DNA of 63,852 bases, counting the filler, from Reticulomyxa filosa (Eukaryota > Protista > Foraminifera): the NCBI GenBank assembly GCA_000512085.1. It is 15 parts of 15 records of this genome, joined end to end, with 100 filler letters (N's around TTAATTAATTAA, not from the genome) between each part and the next. Parts side by side here need not be neighbours in the genome. Positions count along the whole stretch, not along the records: positions 47,784 to 53,823 come from ASPP01020114.1; positions 53,924 to 56,031 come from ASPP01009283.1; positions 56,132 to 62,448 come from ASPP01007014.1; positions 62,549 to 63,852 come from ASPP01013506.1; 11 more parts are not named here. One strand, 5' to 3'. The position numbers were made by a program, and so were the translations under genes. The notes beneath the pieces were generated by a model. The model saw only the letters and a list, made by a program, of their open reading frames with translations. It ran no database searches and was not told where the DNA came from. Below, piece by piece: positions 50,529-63,662 of this stretch; the first letter of the stretch is position 1, and every line of letters starts with the position of its first letter.

Positions 50529-52197
50529 ATGAGGTTTCGCCCTTTTGTTCAAGTTGACTCGCCTCCACAGAAAACCACAAAAAATGTTGATTTTTCCTCA
50601 GATGTATCTGAAATCAATTCTAAAAAATATCGACCAAGAGCGCTCCAAGTGGCGGCCGTGAGCGCGGTGTTAATTATACTGTTCGCGCTAATCAGTTTAC
50701 TGTTGGAAAGTGAGCCCACGAATGCAGAAGACAAAAAAGATGTGAGCAAGTTGCTCAAACAAGCAAAGCTGGAGTACAAGCCCGTTCACTGGTTAGTCCA
50801 AAAGCAGACAGTGAACGAAATAAATACAGTAAATGAATACTCAATAAACGATAAAAGCGAATGGCCAGAATATCTGAAAGTTGAGCCGAACAAAGTTTTT
50901 TTTTTTTTTTTTTAAGGATAAAAAAAATTTTATTTTTTTTTTAACATTACACAAAAATGAAAGAATAGTCCTTTAGCTAAAAATCCTCGGTATGAAGACA
51001 TAGACATAGTAATACTATACAAATCAACAGTGTTTGGCGGTAGGGCCGATAATTCGTTTTTGCGAAGCGACTTTAAAACATATGTTTGCAACATTACGAA
51101 TGACAAGGACCCGTCGAATGGCCACGAAGATAGTCCAGGAAAGCCATTGCTGAAGGACGTGAAAGTATTGTTGACAGCGGACACGAACTTGATGGAATAT
51201 GCACACGGCTATGTATATCACGGCCCGGATGTACCTTACGGACGTGAACTAAGTGAAGGGAGCAAAGAAGGCAAGCGAGTGAGGATTTACCATACAATGG
51301 AATCTCCTGCGCTCACCAGTGTATCTCTCACGCTTGAATCGGTTGCGCAGCAGTTTCAGTTGTTGATGAGCTATCACTTTAAAAGTGACATTTTCTTGCC
51401 TTATGTTGGACGTGGCACGTTGCGCCTGTTGGTAGATCGGCCGATCCTGGTACCTTTCCACGAAAAAAACTCTGAGTATCCTCTGGCTTGGATCGGAAGC
51501 AATTGCAATGCGCAGAATGGAAGGCAGGCTTATCTTGGTGCCTTGTTCAAACACATTCCAACCCATAGCTATGGTGGATGCTTGAATACAATTCGAAAAT
51601 CGGTATATATGTATGTATACGTATATTGTTTTTTTAAAAGAAATTCCTTTTTTTTTTGTTTACGTAAACTTTAATTCATTTTTTATTTTTAAAAAAAAAA
51701 AGGTCCCTCGTGGTGGAGAATCAATGCTCAAAATAATATCGCAATACAAATTTTATATTGTAATGGAAAACTCAAACTGCGAAGACTATATCACTGAAAA
51801 ATTGGGGAGTGCGATAATATCTTCCACCGTCCCTGTCGTCTTTAGTATCAATGGCAGTCTCCCCAATTATGATCGGTATTTGCCCGAACACTCGTATATT
51901 AACGCGTTCGACTTCCCGTCGGCAAAGCACTTGGCCGAGTATTTGCTGAAAGTCAGCCAAAACGAAACCTTGTACAACAGTTACTTGTGGTACAAATTTG
52001 AAGCAATGAAGTCCAACAAGAGGAAGGAACAAATTTGGAAAGATGACATTTTAAAAAGATATCTTTACAAAGAAACCAGAAATCATTGGTGCAGGGCTGC
52101 TAGTAGTATTTTCAATTTCTTATATTATAATAGTAACAAAACATTGCATGCTGACAATTCTTGTCAGCGCAGTAGAATCATGACTGATTTTATATAA
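50529..52197 (+). CDS. Alpha-1,3/4-fucosyltransferase (GT10), type II membrane protein; introns 50895-50963 and 51603-51702
   Basis: N-terminal TM; 'TMESP', 'MSYHFKSDIFLPY', 'AWIGSNC', 'SYGGC', and GT10 motif 'YKFYIVMENSNCEDYITEKL'. Confidence 0.92.
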
Positions 52198-52535
52198 ATT
52201 CTTGGTTGTTGATTTAATGGGTTTTGATGTTGTCTTTTTTTTTCCCCTCTTTATTTGGAAATGAGAGCCTCAATGTATTTTAATCTTGTGCCTTTGTCTT
52301 GTATTTTTTTTCTTACCAAACGGCAAATTATAATTGGTTTAGTGTGTTAAAAAATTTCTAATTAACAGTTAAACCTTAAAACTCATAGCTGTTGCTATCG
52401 TCTTGTTATCTTCCCTTTGCTTTTTTATCTTTAAAGTATTCAATAACAGGAACAAGCACTCTGTTCCGTTTTTTTTGACATGTACAATTCGTTGAATCTC
52501 AAGGGAGGGGAAAAGAAAGTGTTAAAACTGATTGA

Positions 52536-53690
52536 ATGAGTGAAAGAATAATGTCAAGTCAGCAGTCATCAATGGGTGACAATCCGAGGCGTCATCGTTG
52601 GCGCTATCTGTTGCCCAATCGTCAACAGAGTGCCCCAATAACATTTGAAGAATTCCAACAACTGTTTAACGAAGGAGTGCTAACGAAAAATAGTTGGGTG
52701 TGGCATTACAATTACACAAAAAACAAATGGACGAAAATAGCAAATCTGCAACAAGTATGGAACGATTTGCAATGCAACCGCTATGAAAGCAATGCAGTGA
52801 TGTCATCTGAAGAAGGCGAAAGACAAGAAACAAAAACAAATGAATATGAGGAAATGACAATTGCAAATGAAAGTTACAAAAGGAGCGAATACAATCAAAA
52901 CAATACGAGCAGCGTCATCAAAATGGACGAAAGAGGAAAAGAAAATGGAAGTGCAAAAAGCAAAAAAATGGATGCTATCGTGAGTCCTCAGTTTCAAATG
53001 GACTCCAAGGAAGCGCTATACAAAAGCATGATAAATACAATGGAAGCCAAAAGCAGAGGGGACAAAAACATGGGAGCCGACGCAATGGATGTATTTTCCA
53101 AGTACATTACGTGCTATGTTTGTCATATTCAATGACAGAGGGAAGGGTAAAGAAGAGGAGGAACACAGGCATATATGTATATGACGTGTATGTATACAAA
53201 TAACCACCTTGTGTAATTATTATTGGGTGGATTGGGGGGGGGGGGCTTAAAAGTGGCGAATCAAAATTGCGTAATGGAGAACTTTCGTTTGAAAAGAAGA
53301 GGAATAACAATGACAACGATGAAGATGATGATGAAGAGATTGTCGGTGAACGAGTTAAGTATAATTTGTTGAAAGAGAGAACAAAATTACATATGTATAT
53401 AAATATACATATGTACACGTATATAACTATGAAATGTGATTTACATAAAGTCGAAATCAGTGGATGAACACTCGCTGAGTGACACAAAGGGTGGCAGTGA
53501 AACGGACACGGACTTGAACGAATTCGAAAAGGTGAAACTGTGTACATTCGATATTCGATCGACGAACAAGTGATCCAAGGAATGTTTAATCAACATCGCT
53601 TTTTCAAAGAGAAAAAGCAATTGGAAATCGTATTTGAAAACGGAGAAGCGAGTGGTTTGACACCAACGATCCCCGGATTTTCAGAGTTTG
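52536..53690 (+). CDS. GYF_2 (DUF4339)-like N-terminal domain protein, probably continuing into PDZ domains across the gap
   Basis: 'WRYLLPNRQQSAPITFEEFQQLFNEGVLTKNSWVW...W..I' fits GYF_2. Last exon 'KQLEIVFENGEASGL' resembles a PDZ start. Frame break at 53527-53530. Confidence 0.6.
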
Positions 53691-53783
53691 GTATCGTGCA
53701 TTTTGCGTTTTATTTGTTTGTTTGTTTGTTTGTTTTTTAATATCATTTGAATTGATTTCGAGGGAGTGTTGTTAATATCCGTG

Positions 53784-53823
<40 letters not shown>

Positions 53824-53923
53824 NNNNNNNNNNNNNNNNNNNNNNNNNNNNNNNNNNNNNNNNNNNNTTAATTAATTAANNNNNNNNNNNNNNNNNNNNN
53901 NNNNNNNNNNNNNNNNNNNNNNN
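53824..53923. other. Assembly linker/gap
   Basis: Same 100-bp linker. Confidence 0.99.
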
Positions 53924-54053
53924 ATATATATATATATATATATATGTATACGTATATGTATGTATATATGTATACGTATATGCATGTATATACGTATACG
54001 TATACATATATGCATATACGTACATATATGTATTTGTACATATACACATATAA

Positions 54054-54536
54054 GGGGATATTATTACTCATGTAAATGATGTCGCTGTCACCACTCCTGA
54101 TAAATATTGGATGTTGCTGAGCGAAATGAAAATTGGACAAAAGGTAAAGTACACGGTGTTAAATCCGAGCAACGGCAAGTCTTTGGAAGCCTTGATTGAG
54201 ATTGCAAAACCACCGCGCTCCAAACATGCGCTCAACCAGGTCTTTTTCATCGACGATCGCAAACACTTGCTGTTCGGATGTCAGGTGACCGAAATCATGC
54301 CTGAAAACGGCATCGAGCTGGGGTTCTCCGCGGCGGACTCGGGAATCCTCATTTGTCGAATGGCACGTGGCAACTCGGCTTTCCATAACTACGGGCTACT
54401 GCCGGGAGACTTGGTCTTTCAAATCAATGACCAGCCCGTCTCCGATGTCGACACTTTGGGACTACTGGGCAAACAACAGATTCGCTCTCTCACCATCAAA
54501 CGAAATAACAAAATTGGAAAGGCTGTCTTTCATTGA
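54054..54536 (+). CDS. PDZ-domain C-terminal exon (end of one PDZ plus a second PDZ)
   Basis: 'GDIITHVNDVAV...GQKVKYTVL' and 'GILICRM...GLLPGDLVFQINDQPV...LTIKR'. Confidence 0.75.
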   Translation, partial: GDIITHVNDVAVTTPDKYWMLLSEMKIGQKVKYTVLNPSNGKSLEALIEIAKPPRSKHALNQVFFIDDRKHLLFGCQVTEIMPENGIELGFSAADSGILICRMARGNSAFHNYGLLPGDLVFQINDQPVSDVDTLGLLGKQQIRSLTIKRNNKIGKAVFH

Positions 54537-54787
54537 ACATAACAAAAAAATTTCTTTCATCTTTTTCCTCCCAACGATTCATCCTTTTTCTATATAAAAA
54601 AAATTTTAGCAATAGACAATTCAATTATCTTTTCATAATCGCTTTAAAAAAAAATATCGGCAATCCATTTTAAATAGTTGTTTATATTTATGACGACAAT
54701 AGTGCCATGCACGAAGCATATGGAACATTTTTTTTTTTCTACACTCAAGAACAATCATCACCATGTAAACGGCAAAGTTCTAAGGAA

Positions 54788-54963
54788 ACTGTGGAGCCCC
54801 CAGTAGGCTAAACTCTCTTCACAAACACAACTCACTTTCTCTATTGTTTCACCCTTTTGTCTTGATGTAATTATTCGTCATTAATCTACTCTCTTTTTAT
54901 TGAAATTTGTTTTCAGAACTAAGTTCTTTTTTTTCGTATTACACTTAACCACAACTACTGACC
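54788..54963. repeat. Dispersed block-conserved element, copy 3
   Basis: CCCCCAGT, TAAACTCTCTTCACAA, TCACTT, 94-nt spacer, TTTCGTATTACA (54932-54943), CTGACC. Confidence 0.7.
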
Positions 54964-55267
54964 CTACAACCCCTTTTTTTTTCCCAATAAAAAAACTTGC
55001 AAGTGTGACAACAGTATTTTGTACTTACAAATTGGGTAGCTAACTTGCAAAGCGTGAAAAGATTTGCAAGTCAACTTTGGTTTTTTGCGGCTGACACACC
55101 CTCCCAAAACAAGCAGAAATCAAACAAAGTTAGAAACAAAATAGATAGCTCGAATGTATCATTTTTAAAAAGATGTTTGATATTTTGAAACTTGTTGTAA
55201 ATTTGTTGGGAGGAAAAAAAAACAACTCATGAACAGTCTCTTTTTCTCGAGGATGAAAAGAAAGAAT

Positions 55268-56000
55268 TTATGACTTGTCGGCAACAGGGAACCACGTACC
55301 AGGATGATGATATTGTGCACGATAGCAGTGGGCGCGCTTGAAGCCGTCGAACAAGCCCATCCACCCCATGGAAGCAGATACTTGGAGTTTGCAAATATGT
55401 TCAGTCTTGTATTGGATCTGCGACTTGACGGCGGGGGTGAGGGGGAAGAGTTGGTGTTGCGGATGGGTAATATCGATATCGATGGCCCTGCCGAACATGT
55501 AGCGATTGAGTTTCTGGATCTCCCAATCGGTGTGTGTCATCATAGGAAGAATGGGTCGATTGACAGGAATCGAATGCCAATGTTCGTCAGTGTCGATGGA
55601 CGACAAGAACATAAAAGAAGAAGAAGAAGAAGAAGAAGAAGAAGAATGTTGTTGTTGTTGTTGTTTTAAAGACGAAGATAATACTCGCCGAGGCTGTCCA
55701 AGCAAGCTACTCATTTCACTATACGAGGAATGCGGCGTGGAAATGAACGCATCGAACGAAGAGACGGTGACCAGATCGACGACGGCGTCGATGATACCTT
55801 GCAGACTGTTGCCTTTCAGCAAAAAGGGACGATACGACACGCGGTCTTTTCCAAACACTTGTGTCGCAAACTCTTGCGCTTGTGCTGTGTCCCCTGCGAA
55901 GAAGATAAAGTATGGTTTGTTGCGATACTTTTTCGGCAAAACCACATTGCCACATTCCGCAAACCATTTATATTCTTTTTCCAATGCACTGAGTCCACCT
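55268..56000 (-). CDS. Fucosyltransferase-like GT-B enzyme (NodZ/GT23/O-FucT-like), C-terminal part
   Basis: 'IFFAGDT' and 'AVVDLVTVSSFDAFISTPHSSYSE' match the conserved alpha-2/6/O-FucT motifs II and III. Confidence 0.65.
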
Positions 56001-56031
56001 TCTAATTATATATATATATATATATATATAT

Positions 56032-56131
56032 NNNNNNNNNNNNNNNNNNNNNNNNNNNNNNNNNNNNNNNNNNNNTTAATTAATTAANNNNNNNNNNNNN
56101 NNNNNNNNNNNNNNNNNNNNNNNNNNNNNNN
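56032..56131. other. Assembly linker/gap
   Basis: Same 100-bp linker. Confidence 0.99.
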
Positions 56132-57379
56132 CTGCAAGACAAAAAACCAATTCTACGAAGACTTCGCTATGTTGGATATGTGTTGACACACGATGGACGA
56201 GACCGATGCCAAACACATTCCGGGAACAGAGTTTGGAAGACATTGTGAGACCATTTCAATTCGAGCCGTTGATGGATGCCAATGAATATGAAGAATTGTA
56301 TCGACTGTGGGTCAGAGGTTGAATCGGAGCGATTTACATCTCCTGGCAGTGGGCGTATGAGGTATCAGTATCAATACATACCATTAAGTGAAACAGCCAA
56401 ATCCAATTCCGCCTCCATGTCCTCCTCCTCGATCCTCGCCAATGAAAATGTCGATGCCGATCTCGTCAAAAGTAAAAAAAGCTCAAAGTCCAGAAAAAAG
56501 CCAAAGGGTCCAGATGCAGAGTCATCACCGTTCAAGGATCCTTTTGTAGACAGTTTGCATGAGTTTGGTGGAGAGCCTGACACTTTAGACGCGAGCATGT
56601 CGAAGAGCGATTTGCAATCTTGCCGTGGCGATGACAAGGATGTCGAAATGACTCCGTCCCAATTCCATGGAGATGGCGAAGATGGCGACGAGTCTGTTCC
56701 AAACAAAAAACAAGCTAGCAACAAGAAAAGCAAATTTGACCAAACCGCAACCAAATATATGAAACTGCCTCGAAATGAAGACGGAACCATCAAAGTACCC
56801 TTTCAAATCAAAGGGGGTTGCACTGTGGCATGTCTGGGAAGAATAGATCCAGATAAAGGTGGTTTTCATACCTCTAAGTATATTTGGCCAATTGGATTCC
56901 AAAGTGTTCGAATGCATTCCAGTTATTTAAATCCCTCCGTTCGTGTTACAGTTAACACTTATATAATTTATATATAAATATATATATATATATTCGTATA
57001 TATCTGTGTTCCAAATTTCTTTATTTCTTTTTTTTTTTTTTTTTTTTGTGTTGGCATTTTAAAAAAGTTTACTTCAACAATCGAGGAAGGACCCAACGGT
57101 GCTCAGTTCAAAATTGTGGCGGAAGACGATCCTGAAAACCCTTTGATCGGTGATAGTGCGTCAAGTGTTTGGACAACTGTCATTAAAAGGGTGGCTGCTG
57201 TTCGCACGGATCCCAAGAAACGAAAAACGTGCACGGTGTCAGGACCGGAAATGTTTGGGTTCTCAGATAGCGTAGTGCAAGCTTTGATTGAAGAGCTTCC
57301 CAATGCCAAGAGTTGCACAAATTATTGGAAAAATAGACAGCCTTTCAAAGATAAGTTGCAAGACTTTGGGTTTATTTAA
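56132..57379 (+). CDS. FYR-domain (FYRN+FYRC) chromatin protein, C-terminal part; intron 56951-57067
   Basis: 'LGRI....GFHTSKYIWPIGFQSVR' (FYRN) and 'SASSVW..V...VSGPEMFGFS...VQALIEELPNAKSCTNY' (FYRC). Confidence 0.88.
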
Positions 57380-57687
57380 CTTTTTTTCATTCACTTGCTC
57401 TTTGTCTATCCAAGGAGAAAATCAATCGTTCAAGCAGTAATCAAAGGAAGAAAAGGAAATTTTTTTCTTATGCAAAATTGTGGCTTCATTTTTTTTGTAT
57501 TCATATAATAACCTGGACTGTTTGTTCGATGGATAAATAGCTACAACTCAACACTTTTTTATTCTCTTATTGTCAGAGTGAGTTTTAAAAAACATCTAGA
57601 AGGAAAACAATAACATCCAATAGTCCCGCAAAAGTGTGCAAAATAAACTCTCTCTGAGTGTTTTTTTTAAAAACATACTAATTGACC

Positions 57688-59165
57688 ATGTTGAAGTGGC
57701 TCATTTCATTCGCAATTCTATGTTTCTGTGCCTGTGTAGGCAATGCAACTGAGCCAATATCCTCCACTTCTCCAGAGGTTGCGGTTTGTGATGCACAAAT
57801 AGCAAACTTGGCTTCAGTTCACCAAAAGGTTAAATCAAAGCTTCATTTGGAAAAGCAAAAACACTGAACTAAAACAAAGTAGAAAAACAATCAAAAGTAA
57901 GGTACTGAAATGACACACAAATAGTTGAAATCGAAATTGGAACGTTTGGAAGAAAAACAGAAAAATCTAATAAAAAAAACCGAAGAGTTATCCAAAATAA
58001 CGATGGCAGGTGCATCACAATTGGAAATGGAAACCAAAAAATGGGATACAGCCACAAAGAACTCAAGCACGGAAATTACCACATTGAAAGAGAACATGGA
58101 CTCAGTTACAAGTACACTCAAAGCCGCGCAACAAAACATTGACATATTGTTGTCGCAACTGCGTTCCGATATTGAACAGCAAGCTTCCACCAAACTTGAG
58201 CTAACGCATCAAGTGCATCAATTGCGTCAGCGTCTTCAAGTACTTGAAAACAGTTCCATTTTGTCTAACTTGCAAGCAGCTGAGTACTTTTTATTTTTAT
58301 TTTTTTAAATGGAATTATGACATTGTAGTAATAACATTGACGGGAACGGGGAACAGTCAGCTCAAATTGGAATTGAAAATGGAAAGAAATTGTTCGATTT
58401 TTTGGACATTTCCTCACTGAAAACGTTGGCAGATCCATCATTTTATTCGGCATTGTACAACATGTTCAGTGAACGCTTTGCATTTTTGAAGTACACGAGT
58501 GTCAATAGGGTTCTTCCCTCTTTTTTGCACGATTTCTCGCAAATCAAGACTTTTGTTATCACAAAACTCAATATCATTTATTCGCACGTAAGTTTGTTTT
58601 TTGCTTTTTTTTTTTGTATTATTATAACCAAAGCCATTTTTGTTCGATTTTTGGTAATTTATCCAGGATTTGGTTCGATACATCAAACAACAAGCTTCTC
58701 CTTATTTGACTCAAGTTAGCCTCCTTTTTTTTTGTGAAAATTACTGAACGGATTTTTTGTATTCGATTGTTGTGTGCATAGCTAAACGTGGAAAAGGAAT
58801 ATCAAGACTCAGTTGTCAATGCCTTAGTTACATTATTTTTAATCAGCTTGCTTCTGTTTAGCTGTTCTATCTTGGCTGTTATCCTTAACTGTCTTTGTCC
58901 TACTGCCAGCACTGCCCCTCAATTTTTTCCTTCTACTCAACCTTCCATTCGGCCTTCTACTCAACCTTCCACTCAATCTTCCACTCGGCCTTCTGCTCAA
59001 CCTTCCACTCAATCTTCCACTCAATCTTCCACTCAATCTTCCACTCAATCTTCCACTCAACCCACTCAAGCTACTACACTCCCTACTACTACTCCTAATG
59101 CCTCTGCACCAAATGCTTCTCAGGTTACGAATAACAAAAAGAAAAAGAAAAAAAAACAAAAATGA
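57688..59165 (+). CDS. Signal peptide, coiled coil and TM protein with a PST-repeat/poly-Lys tail; multi-exon
   Basis: 'MLKWLISFAILCFCACVG' signal-like; in-frame intron 57829-57924; TM 'ALVTLFLISLLLFSCSILAVIL'. Confidence 0.6.
58930..59070 (+). repeat. Coding 12-nt tandem repeat (P/S-S-T-Q)
   Basis: (YCTTCCACTCAA)n, about 11 units. Confidence 0.9.
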
Positions 59166-62100
59166 TAAATGAAAAGTGCTTTGGGACTTGAAGTTTGCCT
59201 TTGTCGTTTATTTGAATTGATTAAAAACGACAATTTACACAACAAATAAAAATGATAACGATTAATTGCGTTAAAATTGGACCGTTACAAAATTTTTACA
59301 CTAATTTCTTTTTCGTCATTAAATTACAACCCCTTCCATCTATTTATTGGATGCCTGCATTGAATTGTCTTTTGGACAATTATTTAAATTTTAATAAAAC
59401 ATTTATAAAATGAACGATAAAATTCACACTGTCACTTTTTTTAACCTAATTTTTACTTAATTGCTGAGACGAGGTACACATCGTTACAAAACCACTCCAA
59501 ACGAAAAATCTTTAAAAGTCTCTGGTTGTGATTTTCACTTGTGTAATATTGACATTTGAAGAGAGTTCTCCAAAAAATAAATAATGTTGTTGAATCAGAT
59601 AATGTCATGACTGAATTAGCATGGACCAGTGGACAATCAATTGATATACATATTCTTTATTACAAATTCATATTCCATATCAAAAACACAAGCACTCAAC
59701 TCGGTTCAATCTGCAGTCAAGATAACTCGCACGACATACTCGTAACTTCAAGACGACTATTTGATAATATGATCGCCATAATGCAGTGGAGACTTACACT
59801 AGTATAATGTAAAGATTTGTGCGATATTGTTGAAAATTTTGTCTGTAGCATTGAGTGAAATATTTAATTTTGAGTGGTAAGTAATTGAGTTTGTGTAAAT
59901 ATTGAATAAATACAAGTGATTCAATGATAATTTTTACACCATTCATATAGTTCGTTATGATCGGGTAATCGCAAGAAAGATAAATTCTGTTCAAAAACTA
60001 CTTTTATAAAAATGTTATGTTTGACAATACTGCATATAAGAATTCAATCAACTGCAGTATAATGTTATTAAATGTCTTGATCTCGTGCAACGTATTCAAA
60101 ACTCCAATACAATAACTGATTACTTCAATACAATAACATTCAACATACTTTCAATTATAGTTTTGAGAAAAATCATAGTTTCTTTTTTTAAAAGATAAAA
60201 AAATGATACACTTAACTGTAATTGTTATCCTACCCTATAACATAAATCTTTGGAGTAATAGTTCTATTATAAAAAACAAACTAAAAAAATAAATTTCAAA
60301 TAATTATTTTTTCTTCGTTTATTTATGTTTACTTTTTTTTCATATTTTATTAAATTTCTTTTTCTTCTACTTTTTTTAATACTTTTTTGTTTTTTACTTT
60401 TTTTATTTTATATTTATATTTTTTTATTATTATTATTTATTATACCTTTTTCATTAATATCACTATACTTTTTTTCACATTTCCAACTTACAAATAATTA
60501 TTTTCCGTGAGTCTTGACGTCTGTGTATACACAATCAAAGTTTTATCTTATAATTTTTAAATAAAAAAATACATACAAGTGGATATAATCACATATTTAC
60601 ATCTTTTTCCTGTAAGAGAACAATCAAATTAACTTTTTTTTGTTGACTGGATGTTACAAATAAAAAATGTGTTATTAATTGTGAATTACTATTATCACAA
60701 CATACAACAACATACATGATAACAAAAATATTATATAAAAATATAAACATAAATATATTTAATCATTCTTTCGGATATTGACTATAGTTTAACAACAATT
60801 CTTTTTTTTTAGTGTCGATATAGTGGAAAAAATAGTACTGTTTGGTAGGAGGAAGTCATATAACAAAAAACACAACATATGAATAAGTTCGAAAAAAAAG
60901 AAAATGATAAACAAAGGTCATTTTATCCTTTCTGATACAGTGTGACTTTCTACAATATTTTCTTTTTTTTGCATCAAGGCATAATGCATAAAGTAAGTTT
61001 TTGACTCAATGTAGATTTATTTGACTGCAATGTTGTGTATATACATTGACAGTGAAGATAGTCAACTGTTTGTGATTTATGTATGTCATTTATCAACTAG
61101 TTTATTTGGACTTCATTACTAGGTCATCATTGTAATAAAGGCATGCACAAGTAACACTGCGCTTGCTTCTAGAATTGACAATGTTTCAAGTCATACTTGT
61201 CCGCATTGTAGAGTAAATAACTTCTAATAAATCTTTTTTTCTTTAGATAAGATATTGCAAAGTCTTTTACAAAAGCGCTTCACAAGTTCAGCGTTTATCA
61301 CTTAATTGTCGCCTGTTGATAGTCAGTCATACACAAAATTGATCAAGTCTTAGTATTTGTTCGTCTTTGACAATACTCTCAAGTGCTTCCACCAAATTAC
61401 CAATCGACTTGAGTGTCTTTTCCGACAAGCGGGACACATGACATGTGACCGCTACTGGGTCCGGTGTCTATTGTTTGGTCAAATATAAACATCAATACTT
61501 TTTAAAATGTTTCATTTTTTTGATATTCAATCAACTAATGTTCCATCGATTGACATTGCCACTATAAACGAAACATTTTGTTGATTTGACAATTGATAAC
61601 AACACAATCGCTATTCTTCTAAAATAAATTGGCTGTTAGCACAATATAGATATTATATTTTATAATAAACTCTTGTGTATAGTGTTCCACAATTGTTCTG
61701 TTTTGTTTTTTACGATTATTTGTTTTTATGTTTTTTTTATGAAAGGATAACAAAAAAAGACACTTTTTTAAAAATTACATTATCCAATTCAACAATGATT
61801 TAATCGAAATTGACCATAGATCCCTTTTTGATGTCAAGCGAAATCTCCACAAAAATTTCATGTAAATTGGAATAGTCTTGAAAAACTTCATTTGCAATGT
61901 TTTTGGCTAGATATCTACAAACAGTTGTTCCATCAATGAGCATACACATTGCAAACATAACTTACTTATTTGCACTAAAAAAAATTTGTATCTTTCAATC
62001 CAAAAGAAATATGTATTCGCAATACCAGTGTATATCGACTGCTATTATAATGTTTACTTACCATTGATTATATCCTGATGTACTTGGTTCAATGATGTTG

Positions 62101-62448
62101 CTCCTTTTTTGTCGTAATCGTTCAATTGATCTTCTTTTGCCACGCTCGCGTCCACTCTGTCTTTTGGACTGATCACACGACTTGCACTCGTTTTACCATG
62201 TGCTTTACCAATTGCTCACTACCCTCCGATAAAATTCTAATCAATAACGAGTCCATAACAATACGGATTGATTTTGCTCTTCATACTTTGTCCCTTTTTC
62301 TAATATAATTTTCGACAAAAATTGTTTCGCGATATAAATTCCCAAAATGGAAACATTTTATTTTAAATATTTTTTTTGTGATGAATTTCGGTTAAGAAAC
62401 TATGTTTTGTTTTGGAATATTTGATTTACATAAACACTTCTACATATT

Positions 62449-62548
62449 NNNNNNNNNNNNNNNNNNNNNNNNNNNNNNNNNNNNNNNNNNNNTTAATTAA
62501 TTAANNNNNNNNNNNNNNNNNNNNNNNNNNNNNNNNNNNNNNNNNNNN
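62449..62548. other. Assembly linker/gap
   Basis: Same 100-bp linker. Confidence 0.99.
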
Positions 62549-62584
<36 letters not shown>

Positions 62585-62785
62585 CTCCTCATGGAAAAAT
62601 CAAAATTATAAATTTACAATTACATTTTACGTATACACATATATGTATATATGTGTATATGTAATGTGCACCAAAAAAAATATGAACAATTGCGATGATT
62701 CGTAACCTATTGAAGTGACCCAAACGCAACATCCGACAAACAAAACGTAAGTCAAGCTCTGGAAGTAATTGAAGAGGAAAAACGC

Positions 62786-63662
62786 ATGGAGAGCCTGGAA
62801 GATACTAACACTTGCTGGAACTCTTGTCCGGCATTTGAAGAAGTATCGTTTCATGGACAGCGCTTTTTATTGTGGCTGATGATCATTATGCACTTGTGGG
62901 ACATGGCCACCGACGTAGGGGTTTTGGTTAATTGGCTGCCTGGAATCAATTGGAATGATCCCTTTTCTACGGATAAAGATAATACGTTTTATTACGTGGT
63001 TGGGTCGGTGATGGCCATGCTAATCTATCGAGTCGTCTCTGGCATCATGTATGGTCGAAAGTACAGTCCTTTGGGTGGGTTGTTGCAATTCTTGGACATT
63101 ATGTTATTTGTCGAAGTGTATGCCAGTCTACAAGGAGCTCGAACTAAGTCGACTTTACAACTACGTTGGATTCGACGAATGGAAGCCGTTTTGGAATCTG
63201 CGCCACAATCCTTCTTACAATTGATTTACTTGCTGCGAACAAAAGTTTATATTCAATCAATCAATCAAACATACAAACAAACAAACAAAAAAATATCTCG
63301 TTTATATATTGTACGTATATCCAATCTCTACTATGTACTTTTTTTTTTGGGGTGACAAATTGTTTTGTCAACAGTCAAGTAGCTCCGTAGTAGTTCAAGT
63401 GTCATTGTTCATGTCATTGCTGTCGATTGCAAATAGCGTGGTGAAGTCAGACGATTGGAATTTTAAACAGGTCGCCAATTCCAAATGTCCACCACATCCT
63501 GTCTTTTTATTGAGAGGAACGTTTCGCTTGGCCGAAATTGTATCGCGCTTGCTCATTGTTGCGCTGTTGACACAAACTGCCAATTTCGGATTTATTGGAA
63601 CAATGTGCATTTTTCTCGTTGAAAGTTTTTTTCCATTTTTCTCTTTTGCTTTATCTGTTTGA
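62786..63662 (+). CDS. XK-related (XKR scramblase-like) membrane protein, partial; intron 63245-63374
   Basis: 'HLWDMATDVGV', 'RRMEAVLESAPQSFLQL', 'SLFMSLLSIA', 'FRLAEIVSRLLIVALL'. Confidence 0.8.

Noticed and set aside
60900-62330. Possible minus-strand pseudogene with ankyrin-like 'DKKGATSL'
   Set aside because: Stops in all frames; a single weak motif.
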